Positions 16,269-27,216 of a stretch of 64,000 bases of DNA are shown here, one piece after another. The notes under the pieces were generated by a model that searched no databases, was not told the origin of the DNA, and worked only from the letters and a program-made list of their open reading frames with translations. The translations under genes were made by a program, and so were the position numbers. The stretch is from Candidatus Deferrimicrobiaceae bacterium. GTDB lineage: Bacteria; Desulfobacterota; Deferrimicrobia; Deferrimicrobiales; Deferrimicrobiaceae. The stretch is taken from NCBI GenBank assembly GCA_963792415.1, contig CAWBVY010000008.1, positions 1 through 64,000 on the forward strand, given 5' to 3'. The number at the start of each line of letters is the position of its first letter. Position 1 is the stretch's first letter.

Positions 16269-19200
16269 TCAGGGGAGTGACTGGGCGGAAACGGCAGGGA
16301 CGGCCTTGAGGATCGCCTCGAGATCTTGCGAAGGGCTCACACCAAGCACGGCCGAGAGCATCCTGCGGTATCGGTGGTATACGGCGTGCGCCTCGGCGCG
16401 ACGCCCCATCCGGACGTGGCAGGAGATCAGGGAGCGGCACAGGTCTTCGGACAGAGGGTCGACCTCGAGCCCTTTCTGGTAGCAGGCCACTGCCGTCTCC
16501 CACTCACCGGACTGCTCCCAATGCCGGCCCGCCTGTACGACCACACGCAGGAACTTGCTTCGCAGACGGACGCGGCGGGTGACGATGTCCGGGCAGAACT
16601 GCTCCTCCGAGAGGAACGGGCCCCGGTACAGGGCGATCGCCTTCTCCCCGGTCCGCGCGATCTTCAGGGCGTCGGGAACCGCCGCGCCCGGATGTCGGCC
16701 CGCCTCCGTCTGCCCGACGATCCGCTCGAACGCCCAGGCGTCGACCCAGCAAATCCCGTTGTTCAGCGTGATGCGACCGTCGCGCAGCAGGACCGACCGT
16801 TCGTTCCCCAGCAGTTTGCGCAGCCGCTTCAGGTTCGACGACAGCGACTGGTGCGCAAGATCGCCGTCCGCGTCGGGCCAAAGTTTTTCGGCCAACTTCT
16901 CCTGCGGGACCTCCCTTCCTCCCAGGGCGATCAGCGCCTTGAGCAGTTGCAGCGGCTTCTGCGCGGCCTTCCTGCCGGATGGAGGGGGCGCCCCGTCGAC
17001 GACCAGGTTGAATCGACCGAGGGTGTGGATCCGGATCGGCCACGGCCACCGCCCGGAATTTCGAGCGGTGTCGTCGGGAAGGAGCGCATTCTTCCGGATG
17101 AGTTCCTCCACGTACTCCGGCTCGATTTCCTTTTCAAGCGCCTCGGCCGCGATCCTCTCCAGCAGGCCGGGGCACCACATGTAGATAGTGACGTACCCGT
17201 TCTCCCTCCCCTGACGCAATCCTTCCCGCAGGGGCGCAAGAGCCGACGCGTCGTCTCCGTCGCACAGGCGGAACCAGGCCGCCGCCAGGTTGCAATTGAA
17301 CCGGACGAAAACCATCCCGCGTTCCTTCCCGAGATGGCCTGCCTGCTCGAGATGGCGGAAGGCCTCTTCCGTTTCTCCTTTCCGTTGAAGCACGAAGGCC
17401 CGCAGCAGGTGCGCCAGCGCCTCCGGCCATGGGTTTCCCACCTCGTAGGACAGCGAAAGGGAGTGGTCGGAATGGAAGAGCGCCTGCGCCTGGTCCCCCC
17501 GGTTCAGAGCCTCCCATCCGGCGAGATTGTGGTATAAGCAGGCTTCCCACGGCTTCGCCGTCAGGATGGATGCCGCCATCTTTTCGAGAAACCGTTTTGC
17601 GGCCGGCAGGTCCCCCATGTGAAGGGAACAAAGGGCACCGTGCCCCGATCAGCAGGTGATCCATGAAGTGGACCCCGGTGGTTTCCGCGAACCCGAGACC
17701 CTCCTTCACCATGTTCCTGCAATGCTCGCGCTGACCGTCCATGTTTGCGTGGGCAGCTTCGAGCCAGAAAAACGAAAGCCGGGAGAAGTACGGAATTTCC
17801 GTTTTCCGGACCATTACACGCAACGATTTCAGCAGGAGGCGCACTGCAGGGAAATCGCCGCCGTGAAACCGGAAATACGCCACGTTGACCAGGAAGGTGA
17901 ACTTCAGAGGGAGGTCTTGGGTTGCGCGCGCCAGGACCATCGCCCGATCCACCCACTTCTCCATGTCGACGGAAGGGGGTCGCCTCAACGCAAGCGCCTT
18001 GACCACGCTGCAGGTGACGAGGGCCTCTACTTCGGGAGACCGGGAACCGGTTGTGGGTCCTCAGCAGACCCGACAGGGTGGAAAACCACGCGTCGACCGC
18101 CTTCAGGCTGGTGCCCCCGTAGATGTTCGCATCGACTGCGCCCGCCAGCGCCCGGAAGATCCCTTCCGGTTCCTTGCGCCTCCGAAAGCGTCGGAAGGCC
18201 TCCTCGAAATCGCCAAGACATTCCGGGGATCCGGAAGCCAGCCGGCAGATTCCCCTCCAGTAGAGGAGCCAGGGATTCCCCGCGCACTCCGTTTCCGGGA
18301 GGAAGTCGATCCATTCCGCGAGCGTTCCGCTTCTCCCCTGGAGGATCAGTCGTGGCGCCTTGCGCAGGATGATCCGGGCGACCCCTTCCCGATCGCCCAG
18401 TTCCCGATAGAGGCGAACCGCATCTTCGTCGTTGCCCGCATCCTCCAGGGCCGTCCCTGCGTTGTGCAGGATTCGCCGGAGATGTCGCGCGGGGAGAATC
18501 TCCCTCGCGCGCGCAAGCAGGAATTCCCGGAAAAGAGGGTGGTACTCGTAAACCGGCTCGGGGTGCGGGTGCACCTCCGTGAAGTAGTTGTTCCGGTTCA
18601 GGTAGGATAGAATCGCGTCTGCCCTGGATACCCCCGTGATCCGCTCCGCCATCCGCGCCGTCATTTTCGGCAGGCAGGCGCTCTTCAGCAGGAAGTGCTT
18701 CGTTTTTTCCCCTAGCGCGGTGAAGATCTCCCCGGCGAAATATTCGAACACCTTCTCGGGCGGATTGTCCGTCATCTTCAGGCGCTTCGTTGCGGGACCG
18801 GCACTCTCTTCGAGGAGAAGCACGAGCCCCGCCGCCCACCCGTCGGAACGGTCCTGCAGGGAGAGCACCTCTCCCGCGTTCAGCTTTTTTCCACGCAGGC
18901 GCGTGATCCCCTTCGCCTCCACCGGAGTCAGACGCAACTCCTTCCACCCGAGACACTCCATCCGTTGATGCGCCCGCTCCCTGGCGAAGATGGGAGGGGG
19001 ATCTCCACGGCTTATGAAGAAAGCGTGGATCCCGTCCGGCAGGCGGGACAATCCGTCGCAGATCGCCTTGTGGAAAAGGGATCGCGTCCCCACCTTCTGG
19101 TAATCGTCGAACACCACGACGGAACCCGGTTTCAGGCGCCCGAAGAGGTCTTCGAAATACTTCTTCGAGAACGAGGACAGCCCGGGAAGGTATTCGGGGG

Positions 19201-19501
19201 TCAGGAGCGGAAGAGTCTTTCCCTTCCCCGGTTCATACGCCCTGGCCGCAAGACCCATGTAATAGAAGAACGAGGCGACATCGTTGTCGCTCTCGTCCAA
19301 CCGGTACCACAAGCATGGAATCTTGCGGGCGGAAAGGTACGTGCTGGCCAGGGCAGTCTTTCCGCATCCCGCGGGCCCCGAGATCCATACGCTTGGGTGT
19401 TTCATGGCCTTGTCGAGGGCGCGGAACAGCTTTTTCCGCGGAAACACCCCGCTGAAGACCGGCAGCGAGATCTTCGCAATGGGGGAGAAGGTCCGGGTCA
19501 T
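16269..19501 (-). CDS. MalT-like AAA+/TPR regulator with C-terminal SARP wHTH-BTAD domain (two frameshifts)
   Basis: Walker A GPAGCGKT, VFDDYQ, SDGWAAGL, YHPLFREFL, then IHTLGRF, LWPDADGD, VDAWAFE, ALYRGPFL. Split over three ORFs. Confidence 0.88.
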
Positions 19502-19704
19502 ACCGGAATTGCCCGGGAGTTGGAGAGGGGTGGGTGATTTCCCGAAGACAACGGGTTCCTCCCTTCCCGATGAGGTCAATTCAATACGGAATCTTTCGCC
19601 ATCATATTGTATAATGCCGTTTTAATATTCGCAATGGAGTTGCGTATCGCTCCGATTAAAGCGATAAATTCGATGTAGACGATTCAGGGACGAAAATATC
19701 ATAA

Positions 19705-21894
19705 TTGCCGTCAATTGAGAGTTCCGCGAGGTGGCACGTGCCGAACCAGGAGTCCGGTCCCAGACTCGTTGCCATTCCAAGTGAGGACTCCGCCCGCAGA
19801 CTTGTTGCCCTTCTCAGTGCCGACGTCGTCGATTACAGCCGTCTCATGGGCAACGATGAGGCCGGAACCGTCCAGGCCGTAACCACCCACTTTCAGGTTG
19901 TTTCAGAACTCGTCGATCGGTTCGGGGGCCGGGTGGTCGACAGCGTGGGGGATCGTCTGCTCGCGGCATTCCGTAGCGTCGTGGATGCCGTTCATTGTGC
20001 CCTGGAGGTCCAGCGACAGGTCACGTTGCGGAGCGAAGGAGTGCCCGAAGACCGCAAGCTGAGATTCCGGATCGGGATCAACCTCGGAGACGTGATCGAG
20101 AAGGACGGCAGGTTGTATGGAGACGGGGTGAACGTCGCGGCCCGGATTGAAGAGTTGGCCGAGCCGGGCGCTGTGTACATCTCCGGAACCGCATACGATC
20201 AGGTGAAGAACAAGATCGCCGCCGGGTATGAATATCACGGAGAGCAACAGGTAAGGAATATCCAGGACCCGGTTCGGGTCTACAGTGTCTTTCCTGCTTC
20301 CGGGGGATCCGCGGTTCGAAAACCGGGGCGAGACCTGTCGAGACGCCCGCGGAACAAGATTCTGGCCGCCGTCGCCGGGGCGATGATCGCGCTGTCGGCG
20401 GTCGCCTTATGGTTCTTTACCGCCAACCCCCCCCGGAAGTCGGCGGTGGCTGCGCACGAATCGTCGACGGCGCTGGCGCTCCCTTCGGAGCCCTCTCCCG
20501 CTGTTCTCCACTCCGATAATGTAACCGGCAAACCCCGGCAGAAGTCGGCGGGGGCCGCGCCCGGATCGCTGTCGAAGCGGCCACCCCTTTCGAAACCGTC
20601 CCCCGCCATCCTCACCTCCACCAATATCGCCGGCAACCCACGGCAGGAGTCGGCGGGGGCCGCGCCCGGGTCGCCGCCGGCGCTGTCATTCCCTTCGGAG
20701 CCGTCCCTTGCAATCCTCCACTTCGAGAATCTGACCGGTGACCCCAACCAGGAGTTCATGTGCGACGGCCTGACCGACGACATCACGACCTCCCTTTCCC
20801 GACTCCCCAAACTCTTCGTGATCGCCCGCAATTCGACGAAGGGGTATAAGGGAAAGGCCACGGACGTGCGGACGATCAGCCGGGAGCTGGGAGTGCGATA
20901 TCTCCTGGAGGGGAGCGTCCAGCGGGTCGGGACGCGAATGCGGATCAATTGCCAGTTGATCGACGGCACCACGGGCGACCACGTTGTGGGCGGAGCGGTA
21001 TGAACGGGAGGAGGAGGAGTTCCTGGATGCGAGGGACGCGATCATCCTCGATGTGGCGTCCACAGCTGGAGGGGGAACTGACGGATGGAGAGTTTGCGGG
21101 GATCATCCGGCGACGAGTCAAAAGCCTCGCCGGCGTGGGAGGCCGTCCAGCGCGGCTACGATTACTACGATCGTTACACGGTGGAGGACGCGATCCGATC
21201 CCGCGAATGGTTTCAAAAAGCGGCCGACGCTGGAGCCGGAGTCGGTCGTGGGATGGATGGGGATGGCCTGGGCCACCTTCAAGGAAGGTCGCGCGAGGAT
21301 GGGTCCGGAGGGGAAGGAGTTGTACCGGAAGGCCACCGAGTTGGCGGAAAAGGTTCGCCGCATGGACCCTTCCTACTTCGGTCGCCGTATATGCTCTCGG
21401 CCAACCTGAAACTCCGGGAAGGGCGCTACGACGAAGCAATCGCGAACGCGAGAAAGGCGTATGAACTGGAACCGACCTTCATCAATTCCACGTCGATGCT
21501 GGCGAACGTGTTGTCGTATATCGGCAAACCGGAGGCGGAGGAAGCGATCGGGCTGTTGAAGTGGGTCATTCGGAAGAACCCGAACTTCCGTTCCTGGTAC
21601 GAGTACGGCCTGGGGAAGGCGTATTACATGGCGGGCCAGACCGACAATGCGATCGAGTGGTACAAGATTTCCGTCAAGAAAAACCCGAAGTTTATCGACG
21701 CGCATGTCAATCTGGCGGCGTATACGCCGATCAGGGTCGGGAAGACGAGATGCGTTCCCAGGCGGCCGAGATCCTTCGCCTCAAACCGGCGTTCACCGTG
21801 CGCTCGTTCACGGAAACGGCCTCCCTTCCGAAGGATCCGACGATGCGACAACATCTGGTGGACATGCTGCTCAAGGCGGGGCTGCCGAAGGTAG
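19705..21894 (+). CDS. Class III adenylate/guanylate cyclase with TM, TolB-like N domain and TPRs (several frameshifts)
   Basis: LSADVVDYSRLM, GDRLLA, FRIGINLGDV, GDGVNVAARIE, FVIARNST..RELGVRYLLEGSV, with TPR fragments downstream. Confidence 0.85.
20422..20754 (+). repeat. Three degenerate in-frame 105-bp tandem repeats inside the cyclase gene
   Basis: Units start at 20422, 20527 and 20632, with a partial unit at 20737. Consensus G(N/K)PRQ.SAGAAPGS...PS.PS.A(I/V)L..N.. Confidence 0.8.
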
Positions 21895-22046
21895 TCGTTA
21901 CCCTCCATGCCGCGCTATTTCCCTTAGCGGTCGGTTGCGGAAATTGTCGTGCGAAACGAATCCCCGCCCGTGCGAATCACTCGATTATAATTTCAGAATA
22001 CGTTCCATCGGGACCTGCATTGCATTCCCAGGAGGAGGAACGAGAC

Positions 22047-22751
22047 ATGAGGAACAACGGGAAACACGGAAACTGGAAGGGACCGTCGGTTGCCATCGCA
22101 CTCCTTGCCGCCCTGCTCCTGGCGGGTCCGGCGCCGGCGGCGTTCGCCGCGGATTCCGACGATGCGAATGCGATCGTCGAAAAGGCGCGCCTCACCCTCG
22201 GGGAATTCCTGCGGGACGACAATTACAGCGCGATCTGGGATCATCTCAAGCGTGCCAGGGGGGTTCTGATCTATCCGCAGGTGCTGAAGGGGGGCTTCAT
22301 CGTCGGCGGCTCGGGCGGCACCGGCGTCCTCATCGCCCGCGATGACAAGGGCGACTTCAGTTACCCGGCCTTTTACACGATGGGGTCGGTGAGCCTCGGT
22401 CTTCAGATCGGGGGCGAGTCGGCCCAGGTGGTGCTGCTGGTGATGAGCCAGAAGGGGATCGATTCCCTGCTCAGCTCGAAGTTCCAACTCGGTGGAGACG
22501 TGTCGATCGCCCTCGGGCCGGTCGGCGGCGGCGCGAAGGGGGACATCACGGCCGATTTCATCTCCTATGCCAAGTCGAAGGGGCTGTACGCGGGGCTGAA
22601 TCTTGACGGGTCGTACCTGAGCGTCCGGGACAGCCTCAACAAGGCGTACTACGGCAAGGAGGCGACCCCCGCGGACATCATCGTGCGGCGCTCGGTCAGC
22701 AACAAGGAAGCGGACCCTTTGAGGGAGGATATCAGGAAGGCGGCGAAATAG
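22047..22751 (+). CDS. YSC84/SYLF lipid-binding domain protein
   Basis: ARGVLIYPQVLKGGFIVGGSGGTGVL, SLGLQIGG, SKGLYAGLNLDG, signal peptide, SD GGAGGAGG. Confidence 0.9.
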   Translation: MRNNGKHGNWKGPSVAIALLAALLLAGPAPAAFAADSDDANAIVEKARLTLGEFLRDDNYSAIWDHLKRARGVLIYPQVLKGGFIVGGSGGTGVLIARDDKGDFSYPAFYTMGSVSLGLQIGGESAQVVLLVMSQKGIDSLLSSKFQLGGDVSIALGPVGGGAKGDITADFISYAKSKGLYAGLNLDGSYLSVRDSLNKAYYGKEATPADIIVRRSVSNKEADPLREDIRKAAK

Positions 22752-22767
22752 AGGATTACATGGGTGG

Positions 22768-25700
22768 TTACCCGGGGGCTCCCCCGCGGGTCGCCTTGCG
22801 GAAGGACGCCTGGAGCCGGTCCAGGGTCACGTAGGCGACCGGCGTGAGGTACAGGGTGATCAGCTGGGAGAAGAGGAGGCCGCCCACGACGGCGATCCCC
22901 ATCGCGCTCCGCGATTCCCCCCCCGCCCCGTAGCCGATCGCGATCGGAAGGGTGGCCATGAGGGCGGCCATCGTGGTCATCATGATCGGCCGGAACCGGA
23001 TGAGGCATCCTTCCAGGATCGCCTCGGTGGGCCCCTTCCCTTCCTTGCGCTCGGCTTCCAGCGCGAAGTCGATCATCATGATGGCGTTCTTCTTCACGAT
23101 CCCGATCAGCATGATGACGCCCACGAAGGCGTAGAGGTTCAGGTCCAACCCGAAGAGGAGCAGCGCCAGCAGCGCCCCCAGCCCCGCGGAAGGGAGGCCG
23201 GACAGGATCGTGAGGGGGTGGATGAAGCTCTCGTACAGCACCCCGAGGACGATGTAGATGACCAGGATCGCCATCAGGAGCAGGATCCCGAGTCCCTTCA
23301 GGGAGGCCTGGAACGCCTGGGCGGTCCCCTGGAAACTCGTGGTGATCGACGAGGGGAGGGTGGCGCGGGCCACCTTGTCCACCGCGGACACCGCGTCCCC
23401 CAGGGCCACGCCGGGCCGGAGGTTGAACGAGAGGGTGACCGAGGGAAGCTGGCCGAGGTGGTTGACGAGAAGCGGGCCCACGCCGGGGGTGAGGCGGGCG
23501 ACGGCGGACAGCGGGACCTGCGCACCGGAGGAGGAACGGACGTACAGCCGGGAGAGCGCCGTCGGATCCCTCTGGAATTCGGGCTGGAGCTCCAGGATGA
23601 CCTTGTACGTGTTGTTGGGAGCGAAGATCGTGGAGATCTGCCGGGCCCCGTAGGCGCTGAACAGCGCGCTCTCGATCTGCTCCGCCGAGACGCCCATCGA
23701 CCGCGCCTTGTCGCGGTCGATCTCCACGTTGACCTGCGGGTTCGCGATCTGCAGGTCGCTCGTCACGTCCTGCAGTCCCGGCAGGCCTCGCAGCTTCTCC
23801 TCGAGTACGGGGGCCATCCGGTACAGGTCGCCCGTGTCCGGGCTCTGGAGCGTGAGCTGGTACTGGCTCTTCGTGAGCTGCCCGCCGATCCGGATCGGGG
23901 GAAGGTTCTGGAGGAACGCGCGGATCCCCGGGACCACGGCCAGTTTCGGACGCAATTCCTGGATGACCTCGTCCGCGCTCAACGCCCGCTCCGCGAGGGG
24001 CTTGAGACGGATGAAGATGCGCCCGGAGTTCCCCGCCACGCTCGAGCCGCTTGCCCCGATGCTGGACATCAGGGACATCACGTTCGGGTCCTTGCCGATG
24101 ATGTCCGCTACGGCGATCTGGTGCTCCTTCATCGCGTCGAAGGAGGTCCCCTGCGCCGTCTCGGTGAACGTGAAGAGGAGCCCCCGGTCCTCGTTCGGCA
24201 GGAATCCCTTGGGCATGAAGACGAACAGGTACGCCGTCACGGCGAAAAGGACGATGGAAATCATGATGATGGTCTTCGGGCGGCGCAGGACCCGCGTGAG
24301 GCTCCAGTCGTAGCCCGCGAGCATGGCGTCGAAGACCCGCTCCGAGGCGGCGTAGATGCGCCCGTGCCGTTCCGCGGACGGCGGCCGGAGGAACCGGCTG
24401 CACAGCATGGGCGTCAGGGTAAGGGAGACGACCCCGGAGATGAGGATCGCGGCGATGATCGTCGCCGCGAACTCGTGGAGGAGGCGGCCGACGACCCCCC
24501 CCATGAAAAAGACGGGGATGAAGACCGCGGCGAGCGACAGGGTCATCGACAGGATCGTGAAGCCTATCTCGCGCGATCCGTCGAACGCGGCCTGGCGGGG
24601 ATCCTTCCCTTTTTCCATGTGCCGGACGATGTTCTCGAGCATGACGATGGCGTCGTCGACCACGAACCCGACCGAGAGGGTCAGCGCCATCAACGAGAGG
24701 TTGTCCAGGCTGTAGCCCAGCAGGTACATCACGGCGAAGGTCCCCACGATCGACATCGGAAGCGCCAGGCTGGGGATCACGGTCGCCGAGATGTTCCGCA
24801 GGAACAGGAAGATCACCAGGACCACCAGGCAGATGGCCAGGAACAGCGTGAACTTGACGTCGTGCACCGAATCGCGGATCGACTCGGACCGGTCGTAGAG
24901 GATCGCCAGGTCGACGGAGGCGGGCATCTGGGTCCGGAACGTCGGGAGGAGCTTGCGGATGGCGTCCACCACCTCCACGGTGTTGGTGCCCGGCTGCTTC
25001 TGGATCGCCAGCACGATCGCGCGGGTCTTGTTGTACCAGCTCGCCACCTTGTCGTTCTCGACGCCGTCGAGGACGGACCCGATGTCCCGGAGACGCACCG
25101 GGGCCCCGTTCCGGTAGGCCACGACCAGGGGGCGGTACGCCTCGGCATCCCTGAGCTGGCCGCTGGTCTCGAGCGTGAACGCCTGGTGCGGGCCGTACAA
25201 GGTCCCGGTAGGGAGGTTCACGTTCCCCTGGCCGACCGCCTGCGCCACCTCGTCGATCCCGATTCCTCGCGAGGCCAGGGCGTCGGGGTCGAGCTGGATG
25301 CGGATGGCGAACTTCTGCGACCCGTAGACGAGGACCTGGGCGACCCCGCTCACGGTCGAGACGCGTTGGGCGATGAACGTCTGCGCGTACTCGTCCACCG
25401 TGAACAGCGGAAGGGTGGGGGAGGAGAGGGCGAGGTAGAGGACGGGCTGGTCCGCCGGGTTCACCTTCTGGTAGGACGGCGGCGTCGGCATGTCCTTCGG
25501 CAGCAGGGACGCCGCCTTGGTGATGGCCGCCTGGACGTCCTGGGCGGCCGCGTCGATGTTCCGGTCCAGGGTGAACGTTAGCGTGATCTGGGTCAGCCCG
25601 AGGCCGCTGCTGGACACCATGGAGTCGAGCCCGGCGATCGTTGTGAACTGGCGCTCGAGGGGGGTGGCCACGGAAGAGGCCATCGTCTCGGGGCTGGCGC

Positions 25701-25857
25701 CGGGAAGACTCGCCGTGACCAGGATCGTCGGGAAATCGACGTTGGGGAGATCGCTCACCGGCAGGCGCTGGTACGCCAGGGTGCCGAACAGGAGCAGGGC
25801 GCCCATCACCAGGGTCGTCATGATGGGGCGGCGGATGAAGAGATCGGGAATGTTCAT
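22768..25857 (-). CDS. RND efflux permease (MdtB/MdtC-like)
   Basis: FIRRPIMTTL, LPGASPETMASSVATPLERQF, GFVVDDAIVMLEN, GIVKKNAIMMIDFA, RFRPIMMTT. Confidence 0.95.
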   Translation of the reverse strand: MNIPDLFIRRPIMTTLVMGALLLFGTLAYQRLPVSDLPNVDFPTILVTASLPGASPETMASSVATPLERQFTTIAGLDSMVSSSGLGLTQITLTFTLDRNIDAAAQDVQAAITKAASLLPKDMPTPPSYQKVNPADQPVLYLALSSPTLPLFTVDEYAQTFIAQRVSTVSGVAQVLVYGSQKFAIRIQLDPDALASRGIGIDEVAQAVGQGNVNLPTGTLYGPHQAFTLETSGQLRDAEAYRPLVVAYRNGAPVRLRDIGSVLDGVENDKVASWYNKTRAIVLAIQKQPGTNTVEVVDAIRKLLPTFRTQMPASVDLAILYDRSESIRDSVHDVKFTLFLAICLVVLVIFLFLRNISATVIPSLALPMSIVGTFAVMYLLGYSLDNLSLMALTLSVGFVVDDAIVMLENIVRHMEKGKDPRQAAFDGSREIGFTILSMTLSLAAVFIPVFFMGGVVGRLLHEFAATIIAAILISGVVSLTLTPMLCSRFLRPPSAERHGRIYAASERVFDAMLAGYDWSLTRVLRRPKTIIMISIVLFAVTAYLFVFMPKGFLPNEDRGLLFTFTETAQGTSFDAMKEHQIAVADIIGKDPNVMSLMSSIGASGSSVAGNSGRIFIRLKPLAERALSADEVIQELRPKLAVVPGIRAFLQNLPPIRIGGQLTKSQYQLTLQSPDTGDLYRMAPVLEEKLRGLPGLQDVTSDLQIANPQVNVEIDRDKARSMGVSAEQIESALFSAYGARQISTIFAPNNTYKVILELQPEFQRDPTALSRLYVRSSSGAQVPLSAVARLTPGVGPLLVNHLGQLPSVTLSFNLRPGVALGDAVSAVDKVARATLPSSITTSFQGTAQAFQASLKGLGILLLMAILVIYIVLGVLYESFIHPLTILSGLPSAGLGALLALLLFGLDLNLYAFVGVIMLIGIVKKNAIMMIDFALEAERKEGKGPTEAILEGCLIRFRPIMMTTMAALMATLPIAIGYGAGGESRSAMGIAVVGGLLFSQLITLYLTPVAYVTLDRLQASFRKATRGGAPG

Positions 25858-25868
25858 CGTCGTGCCCG

Positions 25869-27023
25869 CTACCGGCCCGTTCCCTGCTTTGCCTCCACCT
25901 TGGTGCCAGGGACAAGCCGGAGCTGCCCGTCGGTCACGACTTTTTCCCCGGCGGCGACCCCTTTCCCGATGACCGTCCCGCCCCCGAAGACCTCTCCGGC
26001 CACAACCGGCCGCGCTTCGACGGTGAGGTCGGGCCGGACGACGAACACGTACTGCCCCTGCTGGCCGGTCTGGATCGCCTCGGAGGGGACGACGACGGCG
26101 CCGGACCGCACGGCCAGCGTCAGGACCACGTTGGCGAACTGGCCCGGCCACAGGCGCCGGTCGGCGTTCGGGAAGGTTCCTTTCAGCTGGATCGTTCCCG
26201 TAGCCGCGTCGACCGCGTTTCCGATGAAGGAGAGGGCACCCGGGACCGGGTCCGCCTTCCCGTCCTGCGGCGCCGCCTCGACCTTCAGCGTGCCGGCGGC
26301 CCGGTATTTCCTCACGTCCGCGAGGTACTGCTCCGGGATGGAGAAGGAGACCCGGATCGGGACGACCTGGTTGATGGTCACGAGCGTCGCGTCGTTCGCC
26401 TTGACGACGTTCCCCTGCTGGACCAGGAGGCTCCCGGTCCGGCCGTCGATCGGGGACCGGATGAAGCAGTAGGCGAGCTGCACGCGCGCGTTCTCGACGG
26501 CGGCGGTATCGGCCTGGACGGTGGCCTCGAGGGCGGCGGCGGAGGAGACGAACTGGTCGTACTGCTGGCGGGGGACGAGGTTCTTCTCTACCAGGGAAGC
26601 GTAGCGGCGGACCTCCTTTTCCGCGTTCTCCTTCAGGGCGATGTCCCGCGCGCGGGCCGCTTCCGCCATCTTGAGGGCTGCGTCGTACGGCGCGGGGTCG
26701 ATCTCGAACAGGAGGTCCCCCTTGCGCACGTCCTGGCCTTCGGAGAAGCCGACCTTCATGATCTGGCCGCCGACCATCGTCTTGACGGAAACGGTGGCAT
26801 ACGCCTCCACGGTCCCGATCGCGCGGACCTGTATGGGGACGTTCTTCATAACCGCGGAACCGATCGTCACCGGGACGGCCTTCGGCGGTCCCGGGGGCGG
26901 GGTCCGGCCACCGGGAGAACAGCTGCAGAGAAGGGATGCGACGACCAGGGAAGAGAGCACCCGGAAACCGGACGGGAACGGTTTCCGGGAAAGGGGATGC
27001 TCGCGAGTTTCGACGACTTCCAT
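25869..27023 (-). CDS. RND membrane fusion protein (MdtA-like)
   Basis: GTVEAYATV, EGQDVRKGDLLFEIDP, IRSPIDGRTG, LWPGQF. Confidence 0.93.
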   Translation of the reverse strand: MEVVETREHPLSRKPFPSGFRVLSSLVVASLLCSCSPGGRTPPPGPPKAVPVTIGSAVMKNVPIQVRAIGTVEAYATVSVKTMVGGQIMKVGFSEGQDVRKGDLLFEIDPAPYDAALKMAEAARARDIALKENAEKEVRRYASLVEKNLVPRQQYDQFVSSAAALEATVQADTAAVENARVQLAYCFIRSPIDGRTGSLLVQQGNVVKANDATLVTINQVVPIRVSFSIPEQYLADVRKYRAAGTLKVEAAPQDGKADPVPGALSFIGNAVDAATGTIQLKGTFPNADRRLWPGQFANVVLTLAVRSGAVVVPSEAIQTGQQGQYVFVVRPDLTVEARPVVAGEVFGGGTVIGKGVAAGEKVVTDGQLRLVPGTKVEAKQGTGR

Positions 27024-27216
27024 CGTATTTCCGCTCCTCAAGGGGGATATACCCGGGGGACGTGCCCGTGTCGCTGCCCGTTCCGCAATATTAGACACCA
27101 TTTCGGTGGAATGGGGTTCCAGAGAACGATGGCATGAACAAAAAACATAAGGAAATATCACTTGAGATTATAATCGTCGTACTTTTAATCGATCCTGCCT
27201 CTCGAAGGGAAACCGG

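Noticed and set aside
22649-25915. Long alternative-frame and antisense ORFs (e.g. 22649-25915, 23218-25581, 44332-46971, 58861-62187)
   Set aside because: These are shadow ORFs caused by high GC3 codon bias over well-recognised genes. Their translations are Arg/Pro/Gly-rich and lack motifs.
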